Shown here one piece after another: positions 1 through 8,371 of a stretch of DNA of 64,000 bases (positions within the stretch are counted from its first letter, which is position 1; each line of letters starts with the position of its first letter). The position numbers and the translations under genes are program-made. Origin of the DNA: Thermodesulfobacteriota bacterium (lineage in GTDB: Bacteria > Desulfobacterota > Desulfobacteria > Desulfobacterales > C00003060); contig JAXHVD010000018.1 of assembly GCA_034189385.1 (NCBI GenBank), positions 1-64,000 on the forward strand, written 5' to 3'. The notes under the pieces are model-generated. The model was given only the letters and a program-made list of their open reading frames with translations, was not told the origin of the DNA and did not search any database.

Positions 1-299
1 ACTTCCTGAGCATAGGGGTGCTGCAGGGATTTTCAAGCTTGGGCTCTACGGTGTTCTTGATGAGGTTGAAAAAAGACCCGAGGCAGCAATAGCGGGTTCT
101 TTTGGTTGATTGTTTGGTCCCGTTAGTGACTGTGTTCAGAAATGATAGGACCTCATCTGGGGTTATGGAACTGAGGTCCCGCTCTCTGAACCGGCTGGTA
201 AACTTCGATAGGACGAATTCCATGGCGCGGTTCGTATTTTTTTTTGGAATGCGTCCCGTGGTACTCCAGACAATAGTTGACGGCCTGTGACACTTTCAT
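1..299 (-). CDS. Tyrosine recombinase/integrase N-terminal part (runs off left edge), frame broken at an A9 run
   Basis: Manual translation: ATG at 299 gives MKVSQAVNYCLEYHGTHSKK. After the A9 tract (237-245) the +1 frame continues open as NTNRAMEFVLSKFTSRFRERDLSSITPDEVLSFLNTVTNGTKQSTKRTRYCCLGSFFNLIKNTVEPKLENPC, which resembles the core-binding (SAM-like) domain of XerC/D-like integrases. Catalytic domain is outside the window. Confidence 0.7.
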
Positions 300-640
300 G
301 GTGCACCTCCTCATTCTTGGGTTGATAAGATGTGGGCCAATACCTTGACAAAGCTTACACTATTGTGTACAAATCTACAATAAAATCATTTGCTTGATCA
401 CACCTAGACCTGATAGGCAATCACACATCGGGCTGCCCCGTTTCCGAGGTGCCATCTGGCAGGCAAACCTGTGTTCTGTCCAGGGCTGCCATAATCGTCG
501 AAGATCTTTCATTTTTGATGAACCGTTTTCGCTGTGCTCTTGGCAAGAAATCATCACTGGCATTATACGTGACGTCCGTTGTGATATTGGAAAAGCCAAA
601 GCAGTCCATATGCAGAGGCTATGAGGTGTTTCTGTCATAG

Positions 641-1833
641 ATGCCCAAATCACTTATCTCGGTCGTAATCGCCGTTTTTCTCGGCGCTTCTATTCTCTCC
701 TGTAAAGAACCGGGTGTTCCCACTGCAACGGAGAGACCTTCGAGCGAGAATACACTTCATTATGATGTGAACGCCCCCTTTACTTCGCTCAATCCAATAC
801 AGGTCTATGCCTCAGGTTCAACTAACATCTTTCCACTCCTTTATGACTATCTTTTTGTTCCAAACGCACAGGGAAAACTTGAACCGGTTCTTGCACGAAA
901 ATGGAGCTATGATGAAAAGAACTTCACGTGGACCATCTCTCTTCAAGAAGAAGCCCTGTTCCATGACAAAGCGCCTGTCACCGCTGCGGATGTGAAATAT
1001 TCGCTCAAGGAGCAACTCAAGGAAAAACACTTTGCGATTTACGGTCTCATCGACCATATCTCCCTTTTGTCTCGGGAGGCAATCAGCATACGTCTTAAGA
1101 AAAACGACAGCCGGTTTCCCGAGAAGATATGGACCACAGACATCGTTCCGAGACCGGGTGGCGGCGAAACCGACTACTACAACCATCCCGTGGGTTCAGG
1201 CCCCTTCCGGTTTGAATACAGAAAAGGGGAGAAGGAAGTCGGCCTTGTGGCCAATGCGGACTACTTTCAAGGTCGCCCCACAGTGGATAGGGTTGTCTTC
1301 CATTTTGTGCCGGATAAGGAGAAAACATGGACACGGCTCCTTTCAGGCGAGACCGACTTAGGCCAGGAGATCTCCCCAAAAAATTATGAGATAATAAAGC
1401 AGTACGAAAAGAGGTTTTATTTCGATCTCTACACGCTGAGGTGTTACAGTATCCTTCTCTACAACACAGCCGATTCTCTTTTTTCCGATATAAGAGTTCG
1501 GCAGGCCCTCGCTCATGCCATTGACAGGGAATATATCGTAGAAAAAATCCTGGGGGGCTTTGGAGTCGTTGCAGTTGGCCCCATGGGTGTGAATTCGCCA
1601 TTTCACAACCCTGAAGTCAAGCCTTTACCCTATGACCCGAAAAGGGGATTGAAGCTTCTTGAAGCGGCGGGTTGGTCTTACGACAAGAGAGGCCACCAGC
1701 TTGTTAAGAACGGAGAGCCTTTTGCATTCACCCTCCTTGTCTTTGAAGAAAGCCAGGTTCAAAAGCAAGTGGCACGGTACATAAGGCTTTGCTTAAACGA
1801 TCTTGGTATAAAGGTAGGCTTGCGGGTGCTTCC
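641..1833 (+). pseudogene. ABC transporter family-5 (peptide/nickel) substrate-binding lipoprotein, 5' part, interrupted by IS
   Basis: Signal peptide with lipobox-like ILSC; motifs LEPVLARKW, FHDKAPVTAADVKYS, PVGSGPF, VRQALAHAIDRE typical of DppA/OppA. Frame is broken by the IS at 1834. Confidence 0.9.
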
Positions 1834-1872
1834 CGGCGCGTTTCTGAATCAATGACCCGAACAGCGGATCTA

Positions 1873-2952
1873 TTACACTACAAGGCATGGGGTTAATGAT
1901 GTGGTGAACCCCTGGCAGGGATCCTGCGACGGATCTCGGCCGTGGCGGTTCACGTGCTTTCGCCACTTTCGTTGTTTGTCGAGCTTAGCCTTGCGTTCGG
2001 CCACAATCTGATCTCTGAGCCCACGATGACATTGCTCAGGGGTGACATAATCGATGCCGGAGTGCAAGTGCTCGGTGTTGTACCATCGAAAATATTCATT
2101 GAAGTACCCCACAGCGTCTCGCCGGTCAAGGAATCGTCCTGGGTAGGCGGGGGCGGTTTTTGCGGTACCAAATGCTGATTCCACAAAGGGATTATCATTG
2201 GGGGTTCGCGGCCGAGCAAAGAGCTGAGGCATGCCGTGCAGCTCGAACATGGTCTTTATCGAACTGGCCTTCATCTGCCGACCCCGGTCATTGACAATCT
2301 CTGGCCGTTGGGATTCAGGCAAAGCAAGAATGTTTTCTGAAAGTAGGCCGTTTTCAAGAAGTTCTTCCGCCTGTTCAGCCCTTTGATGCCAGCTGATCAG
2401 CCAGTAGATGGCTTTTCGGGAGAACTCATCGAGCAGCAAATACAGATACAAAAACACACCCCTCTCGTAGGTGGGCAGGTAACTGATATCCCAACACCAG
2501 CGCTGGTTCGGCCCGGTAATCTCCTTTCGGACCGGGGGCAAGGACCGCCCATTGTGATGACGGCAGGGCCCCCTAAGGCTCATCAACCCTTCGGAACATA
2601 GAATGCGGTACACGGAAGAAAAAGAGACAAAGAACATGTCTAGATCCCATGCCGTAACAGCTAGGATACGGTGTGAAAGGTCTGCGTATGCTTGCTCGGT
2701 GGCCATGGCTACCACGGTCCTGCGTTCCTGGGGCAGAAGGCTGTGGACAGGGGCTTTGGGGCCGGGCTTACCGTTAACCAGGCGCTGTCCCTGTCTCCAT
2801 AGACGCCACCATCTGCTCACCCGTCTGCGGCTGACCATCCACATGGCACAAGCGCGGCTCTTGGAGATCCCCTTGGCTTTAGCGTTTTCGATAGTCATCA
2901 GCATGGCAACTTTGTGCTCTTCTTCAATCCATGTGCCCTCTATCTTTCCCAC
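1873..2952 (-). CDS. IS3-family transposase OrfB (DDE integrase core)
   Basis: PNQRWCWDISY, LLLDEFSR, NDRGRQM, PNDNPFVESAF, WYNTEHLHSGIDYVTP motifs of rve/IS3 transposases. Confidence 0.92.
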   Translation of the reverse strand: MGKIEGTWIEEEHKVAMLMTIENAKAKGISKSRACAMWMVSRRRVSRWWRLWRQGQRLVNGKPGPKAPVHSLLPQERRTVVAMATEQAYADLSHRILAVTAWDLDMFFVSFSSVYRILCSEGLMSLRGPCRHHNGRSLPPVRKEITGPNQRWCWDISYLPTYERGVFLYLYLLLDEFSRKAIYWLISWHQRAEQAEELLENGLLSENILALPESQRPEIVNDRGRQMKASSIKTMFELHGMPQLFARPRTPNDNPFVESAFGTAKTAPAYPGRFLDRRDAVGYFNEYFRWYNTEHLHSGIDYVTPEQCHRGLRDQIVAERKAKLDKQRKWRKHVNRHGRDPSQDPCQGFTTSLTPCLVV

Positions 2953-3311
2953 GAACCCCCATTGGTTTTTTTTCGAAGAATCGCCAATTCCACGGCCATC
3001 TCAGCTATCACACGTTCTTTTTCTTGGAGATCCTGCTTCAGGGCATCGTAATCTTGCTGGCAAACTGTCTTTTTGGCAGGACCGGGCCGCGCTGCCAGGC
3101 GGTCCAGGGCGCCTTCCTTTACCATACGCTGGATCCTTGCCAGGTCGCTCGAGTATAGACCCTCGCGGCGCAACACCTCTCCAACAGGGGTCTCTGATCT
3201 CTGGGTCTCAAGGAAGAGCTGATACTTTTTTTCAGCGGACAGATAACGGCGCTTCTTTTTTCCGGAAGGCGATGAATCTTCAACAGGCTGATTCTTGTCG
3301 GTCACACTCAT
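2940..3311 (-). CDS. IS3-family transposase OrfA (HTH plus leucine zipper)
   Basis: RRYLSAEKKYQL...VLRREGLYSSDL HTH and C-terminal coiled coil. Overlaps OrfB in the -1 frame with an A8 slippery run at 2966-2973. Confidence 0.88.
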   Translation of the reverse strand: MSVTDKNQPVEDSSPSGKKKRRYLSAEKKYQLFLETQRSETPVGEVLRREGLYSSDLARIQRMVKEGALDRLAARPGPAKKTVCQQDYDALKQDLQEKERVIAEMAVELAILRKKTNGGSWER

Positions 3312-3450
3312 GGTATCTTCCTTTCTCTGCTGCCTGCTGGGGAACTCCGGTCGCCCTATGGGCTCCCTCCGTTCCCCAGCCCAGCTCATCATACCATGTA
3401 GTGTAATTCAATCCCACTTTTGGGACACAAAATCGGAAACGGGGGGTTCC

Positions 3451-3832
3451 ATATGGTGAAATCACTAGGAGATACTTTCGCAATGATGAGTTTCAAGCAG
3501 TGGTTACGGAGGTTAAAGGCGCCTTTAGCGCTCCCGAGTGCCTGAAGGAGCAATGGTCCTCTGATGGCATAACGGCAGCTGAGGTTGGCTGTTTTCAATA
3601 TCCCAAGGTCACTTCCCTTGTCGACAAAGCCCTAGACGAAAAAGACCCCTTAGTACAAAAGGCGCTTTTATGCAAAATAGATGCCCTGATCACGTGGCTC
3701 CAGCCTGGTACGTTTCTATTCCACAAGACAGCCATCGATGTAATGTCCAAACGTTTCAAGATTCATCCGCCCTTTTCTCTCACATACGAAGGAATTTATC
3801 GCCTCCGGTATGCCTCGTTGAATCCAGATTGA
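3451..3832 (+). pseudogene. ABC family-5 substrate-binding protein, 3' part
   Basis: Continues the SBP frame after the IS; FQYPKVTSLVDKALDEKDP...IDALITWLQPGTFLFH matches the family-5 SBP C-terminus. Confidence 0.85.
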
Positions 3833-4391
3833 GTCTTGGCCCTAGTGTCGTAAACCATAGATAAGTGACATTAGTCACTGTGCAGTACCGACGCGTCGGG
3901 AATTGAGGGCGTTAGCCCGGGTTTTTATGATTCAGCCGAGGCAGCAGGGATGAGGGGCTCCGCATTGAAAGCACCATGGTGCCACCAATGTGGTGGATTC
4001 TACAACTATTGAGGTTAGTCGGCGAAAGACGCCGTGCCTATCAGATCACGTTGATGCATGACATCTTTTGAGGATGCTGATTCAGTCGAAACGCCTAGAT
4101 ATCAAAAGCGGTCTGAACATCCCAGAAAGCTCAATATTGTCTATCGATCTCTATTTTGAACACTTTGTAGATTTTGCCCGACTGTCCTCAATTCCCAAGA
4201 CTCTCTGAAGTGCGAGGTCTCCTCTGCATATATAAAGCGGTTGTTTGATCATGCCGATTGGCGATTATGCTATGCCATCGCTACCCTGCATTTCAAGGGG
4301 CCGAGTGTACATAATGCTATATGATCTAACATATTGACCCCACGAGCTATTACTAGATATACTTCCCCTATCCTCACGAAAGTTGGGCACC

Positions 4392-4835
4392 TCACCGGTA
4401 GAATCTGAACGACGCTTGGCCATACTGTGTCTTGGATCTGGGTGAAGCTGATCCATGCCCAGACCTTGACAAGTAGTTCTTCAGACGCCCTTCTAGGGTC
4501 ACATAGATCCCCCTGTCAATAATCCGCTTCCAGTCTCTATTGAAATCCGACGGATAGATTTCAATCAGATCATATTTGTTCTCCCGGTAAACAATCCGCT
4601 TGTACTCGTTGAGGCGTGCATTCTTCTCGTTTCCGTTCATACCAAGGTATTCGATGAGAATATGATAATCGTTGAGGCTGAAGTCAGGATACCAAATTCG
4701 CTGCTTCCCGCTGTCAACCACTAGCACTGGCCTTTCATAGGTGAAGTCTATTCCTCGGTCCTGTAAATAGGTCCCGATTCTTCTCTCGCCATCCGACTTG
4801 TAATTGTTCCAGAGCTTGTTCTGGTAGGCCGCCAT
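4392..4835 (-). CDS. Small PD-(D/E)xK-type endonuclease-like protein
   Basis: KSDGERRIG..L...GI.F.YE, YPDF, LIEYLG, K...Y pattern typical of Vsr/DUF559-like restriction-endonuclease fold. Confidence 0.65.
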   Translation of the reverse strand: MAAYQNKLWNNYKSDGERRIGTYLQDRGIDFTYERPVLVVDSGKQRIWYPDFSLNDYHILIEYLGMNGNEKNARLNEYKRIVYRENKYDLIEIYPSDFNRDWKRIIDRGIYVTLEGRLKNYLSRSGHGSASPRSKTQYGQASFRFYR

Positions 4836-5054
4836 CCTGGGGCCCTGAAGATCATAAAGCTATAAAAAACTTGTGGTTTTCATAGAGCACCTAAATGGTA
4901 CCAAAGATTTGGCGATCTGTGGTCGAAGTCCCCAAGTGCCGGACTAAGGCGATTGAACAGCCCGTCACCAACAAACCCAAATAAACCATAACTATTTGGC
5001 AGAACACGACATTTTAGCAACTGCAAAAAATATTTAAACCCCGTAAAAAATATA

Positions 5055-5083
5055 TTGACAAGACACTTGAGGCAGAGTATGAA
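5055..5083 (+). promoter_or_regulatory. Putative sigma70 promoter for the JAB-E2-E1 operon
   Basis: TTGACA (5055-5060), 17-bp spacer, TATGAA (5078-5083), AT-rich upstream tract. Confidence 0.55.
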
Positions 5084-5183
5084 GGATGAATCGAGAATCC
5101 GGATTCGGCCTTCGAGCCTCTGCCTCATGGTCTGTTCTCGACAAACGACGGACAGCTTGAGATCTCAGGTAAAACCCAAGAAT

Positions 5184-5211
5184 TGAGCACTATCGTTATC
5201 GATAGTGCTCA
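5184..5211. promoter_or_regulatory. Perfect 12-bp inverted repeat just upstream of the first operon gene's RBS
   Basis: TGAGCACTATCG-TTAT-CGATAGTGCTCA, followed by GGGGGG and ATG at 5224. Confidence 0.6.
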
Positions 5212-5223
5212 GGGGGGAAACTC

Positions 5224-6444
5224 ATGGACTCCCAGATCCAGAGATTAGATAAGCTACCGTACCTATCGATATTTTCGTCTGAAATTGAGGTTATGGCCGG
5301 ACTTGCCGTTGAGTGTGGCCAAGTTGAGACCGGAGGCGAGACATATGCCCTATTGAGCCAAGCTGGATACCCAGTAATCATGCTGGTGACCCCCCCTGGT
5401 CCGAATGCTGTGCACGAGTGGGCGCACTTCCGACAAGACCTTGAATTCTTTCGGAAGGTAAATCCGTTGCTTGAAAACGATTTTGGCCTGCAATACTCCG
5501 GCAGTTGGCACTGCCATCATTATCTTGGTATCAGGGGTCCTTCGGACGGAGATGTTCGGAGCACACACTCCATAGCTTTAAGGAACGGATACCGCATACA
5601 GAGCCAGATAGTGCTGACCTTTGAAAACGGCTACCATGGGCCGCCGCTTTCCCGGGGAAGCGCACCGTTCCGCCAGGAGCCGGCTGCTGAGACAGACAAC
5701 AGAGCTGTTAAGCAAAACACTTTTGTACGTCTAGTCAAAAGACGGCCTCTCCCTCCTGCCCCCAATGCATACGACCCTGCAGCCGTGCAGATCCACGCCT
5801 TTCTATATTTAAATGCCGCCAAAGGCAAACCCATGCGGTGCCCAATTCGAGTAATCCCTGGTATGAGCCCTTTCAGGGAGGCCATTGTAAAAACGTTCCC
5901 AGAATTACCTGAACTGGCTAAGGAAAAGTCATTTCCCATGTCGCGCATTGTACTGGACCACTTCCGGCAGGACGGGTTGGTGGGCACCCCCTCCGAGTTG
6001 CCTGCATCCTTGGCAACCCAGTACCTTGAACTTCCCATCCAGGTGAGAGAACGGGCCGGAGTTGCGTTCAAGTCAGGATTCGTCATTTTCTCACTTCCTT
6101 TGCCGGTACAAGGTGGCAGAGTCATGGTTTCGTGCAGCAACGCCCCACCATACGAAGCAAAAGCAGTCTACGCCACCTCGGTTTTGACGGCGAACAAACC
6201 TGTAGAGCTAACAAAGGATGTATTGGGACAGGCCTCTCGTGTAAGCCTAAGTGCTATTTACACCCGGGCTGTGGACTATGTGCGCCTCAACAGTCGCCAA
6301 AACGAACAAGGCAGCAATTTTGAGGATAATCGTCACAGGTTTCGCCGCCTTCAGCTGAAAAGAGTAAAGAGAAAGCTGCCTAGGCAATGGAAACAGCGGC
6401 TTTCACGTCAGACCTGTGAGGAGATACAGGATTGTCAGCCCTAA
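5224..6444 (+). CDS. JAB/MPN (JAMM) metallo-isopeptidase domain protein with uncharacterised C-terminal region
   Basis: ETGG and WHCHHYLGIRGPSDGD = E...HxH-x8-S-x2-D JAMM motif. Confidence 0.85.
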   Translation: MDSQIQRLDKLPYLSIFSSEIEVMAGLAVECGQVETGGETYALLSQAGYPVIMLVTPPGPNAVHEWAHFRQDLEFFRKVNPLLENDFGLQYSGSWHCHHYLGIRGPSDGDVRSTHSIALRNGYRIQSQIVLTFENGYHGPPLSRGSAPFRQEPAAETDNRAVKQNTFVRLVKRRPLPPAPNAYDPAAVQIHAFLYLNAAKGKPMRCPIRVIPGMSPFREAIVKTFPELPELAKEKSFPMSRIVLDHFRQDGLVGTPSELPASLATQYLELPIQVRERAGVAFKSGFVIFSLPLPVQGGRVMVSCSNAPPYEAKAVYATSVLTANKPVELTKDVLGQASRVSLSAIYTRAVDYVRLNSRQNEQGSNFEDNRHRFRRLQLKRVKRKLPRQWKQRLSRQTCEEIQDCQP

Positions 6445-6899
6445 GCTACAAAAAGAGACTCAGGACGGAGGCGGCGATCATGGCTGAAGAGATGCCCCAG
6501 TTCCGGCTGTTTCAAACAAGAAGCGGTGCCCACTACTTCAGGGGCTGGCAAAAAACCACAATCGGGGGAAGGAGCTATGAATTCAAGCTTGTCATACCCA
6601 TGCGATACCCGAATGAAATGCCGAGGTTGTATGTGATTTATCCAACAGAACTGTGGCAGCACGGCTTTCGGCGCTTGGTGAACACGGAGGGAGTTTCTCA
6701 CGGTTTTCACACCTTGGGAAACGGACCCGGAGGGTGTGTCCAGATCTGCCATTTCAAACCTGAACTCTGGGACGCATCCAGAACCTGCGTAGGCGTCTTC
6801 GCCAAAGGCCTACTCTGGCTTGAGGCGTACGAGGTCCACTTACGAGGCGGTAGGAGTATTGCCGATACCCTATCCGAATGGAAAAGGAGTCAACGATGA
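6432..6899 (+). CDS. Prokaryotic E2 (ubiquitin-conjugating enzyme-like) protein
   Basis: FKLVIPMRYPNEMPRLYV..P, H-T-L-G...VQICHF...W pattern matches the UBC fold (YP..PP, HPN...ICL...W) with a Cys at the catalytic position. TTG start with GAGGAG RBS. Confidence 0.8.
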   Translation: MSALSYKKRLRTEAAIMAEEMPQFRLFQTRSGAHYFRGWQKTTIGGRSYEFKLVIPMRYPNEMPRLYVIYPTELWQHGFRRLVNTEGVSHGFHTLGNGPGGCVQICHFKPELWDASRTCVGVFAKGLLWLEAYEVHLRGGRSIADTLSEWKRSQR

Positions 6900-7069
6900 G
6901 CAGAGAGGAGGACAGAATTCGACGAATTATGGAAGACATGGCAAGGGGGGATGATATTGGTCACAAGCTAGTTTATGACCGCGACAACAAAACGGTGCGC
7001 CCGGTCTCTCGCTTTCATGACCCAGACTGGGCCACATCTATAACGCCCTCTGATGCGGATTTGTTCTAA
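6896..7069 (+). CDS. 57-aa acidic peptide of unknown function between E2 and E1
   Basis: AAGGAG RBS and ATGA overlap with the E2 stop; MSREEDRIRR...TPSDADLF. Confidence 0.75.
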   Translation: MSREEDRIRRIMEDMARGDDIGHKLVYDRDNKTVRPVSRFHDPDWATSITPSDADLF

Positions 7070-7087
7070 GAAAGCGAAGGATCCATT

Positions 7088-8338
7088 GTGATCGTACTTT
7101 TCGGCGAAATGTTGCAGGGGCTTCGGGGAAACCGAGAATGCAAGGATGCCTACTTCGCATGCTGGCACGAGGAACTCGTGTATACCCTGCTTCCTGATGC
7201 GAGAAACAGCCGCGCAGTTCCCGGTAGTATTTGTGCAGCCAGTGATGACGAAGACATCTCGATCCAGGGCACCGGAAAACCCGACGACGAGGTAAGGGTT
7301 GTCGTGCACAGGGCAGGAAGTACGTCCGAAAAGGAAACAACTTCACTGCCGATAAAGGCTACTGGCCACGTGCGTGACAAGACAGGATGGAAGCGGGTAC
7401 CAGTTCAGATTGTTCCTGTCAGAGCTGAGCTCTTCTCCAGGTTTCGCGGCCTGCTTGAGACTCCCATTTTTTCCGACAAAATGGTGCTTGTGTTTGGCCA
7501 AGGGTCAGGTGGCTCTTTGGTAGCCCTGGAGCTGGCGAAATCAGGAGTCATGAACTTCAATTTGGTGGATGATGATCGTCTCGAGGTCGGCAACGTGGTC
7601 AGGCACGTGGCAGGTTTGTCACACGTCGGACGTTATAAGACCAAGGTTATGGCCGATTTGATACGAGAGAAGAATCCTTACGCGACAGTGGAAACATGGG
7701 AAGAGAAAGTCAGCTGGAAGAATGCTGAAGCGGTCAGAGATCTGGTGAGGAAAGCCGACATCATCGTCTGCGCCACGGACGAGCGTCAGTCGAAGCTTGT
7801 CATCAACAGGTTGTGCGTGGAGGAGAAAAAGCCTTGTGTCTTTGGCGGGGCTTTCAGACGGGCCTACGGAGGGCAAGTTCTTCTGCTCAGACCTTATGAG
7901 TCACCATGTTATCAGTGTTTCCTCATGCTGTTGCCGGATCATGCGGGGGACGAAGAAATATCCAGCCAGGAACAGGCAGATGGCCTCGCCTATACCGATC
8001 GACCCGTTCCGGTAGAACCGGGTCTTTCGACAGATATCGCACCCATCAGCATCATGGTGGTCAAGCTCGTGATCCAGGAACTGCTAAAAGGTACAGAAAC
8101 CACCCTCCGGTCCCTTGACGACGACCTAAAGGCGTCCTGGTATCTGTGGCTCAACAGACGTGAACTCGGAACCCAGTACGAGGGACTCCAACCTTTGGAA
8201 TTCAACGTGGGTGGCATGCATATTCTTCGGTGGTATGGGGTTGATGTGAAACGACATCCAGCCTGCCCGGTCTGCGGCAATTTCGAGGAGTGGCTGGCGA
8301 AGCAAAGGGATGCGGAGCCCCTTATCGCGTATGACTGA
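7088..8338 (+). CDS. E1/ThiF-family adenylating enzyme with extra ~125-aa N-terminal domain
   Basis: VLVFGQGSGGS nucleotide loop, DDDRLEVGNVVRH, GRYKT, CATD, and Zn pairs CYQC / CPVC. Confidence 0.92.
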   Translation: MIVLFGEMLQGLRGNRECKDAYFACWHEELVYTLLPDARNSRAVPGSICAASDDEDISIQGTGKPDDEVRVVVHRAGSTSEKETTSLPIKATGHVRDKTGWKRVPVQIVPVRAELFSRFRGLLETPIFSDKMVLVFGQGSGGSLVALELAKSGVMNFNLVDDDRLEVGNVVRHVAGLSHVGRYKTKVMADLIREKNPYATVETWEEKVSWKNAEAVRDLVRKADIIVCATDERQSKLVINRLCVEEKKPCVFGGAFRRAYGGQVLLLRPYESPCYQCFLMLLPDHAGDEEISSQEQADGLAYTDRPVPVEPGLSTDIAPISIMVVKLVIQELLKGTETTLRSLDDDLKASWYLWLNRRELGTQYEGLQPLEFNVGGMHILRWYGVDVKRHPACPVCGNFEEWLAKQRDAEPLIAYD

Positions 8339-8371
8339 TCACGGTAACCCTGGACCGTTAGCAAGGAAGAG

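Larger units (their letters stand above)
1834..3446 (-). mobile_element. IS3-family insertion sequence, 1613 bp, 4-bp TSD TTCC
   Basis: TTCC at 1830-1833 and 3447-3450; imperfect ~50-bp terminal inverted repeats sharing ATTACACTACA. Removing the element restores an open 524-aa SBP frame (...LRVLP-YGEITRRY...). Confidence 0.9.

Noticed and set aside
2603..3406. 267-aa plus-strand ORF
   Set aside because: Antisense shadow of the IS3 transposase genes; no motifs.
3833..4391. Left att site or ncRNA in the long intergenic gap
   Set aside because: No copy of the tRNA-Arg 3' end and no convincing structure found by eye.
5224..8338. CBASS, Bil or thiamine/molybdopterin sulfur-transfer operon
   Set aside because: No CD-NTase, no beta-grasp GG-ending protein, no ThiS/MoaD or biosynthetic genes in the cluster.
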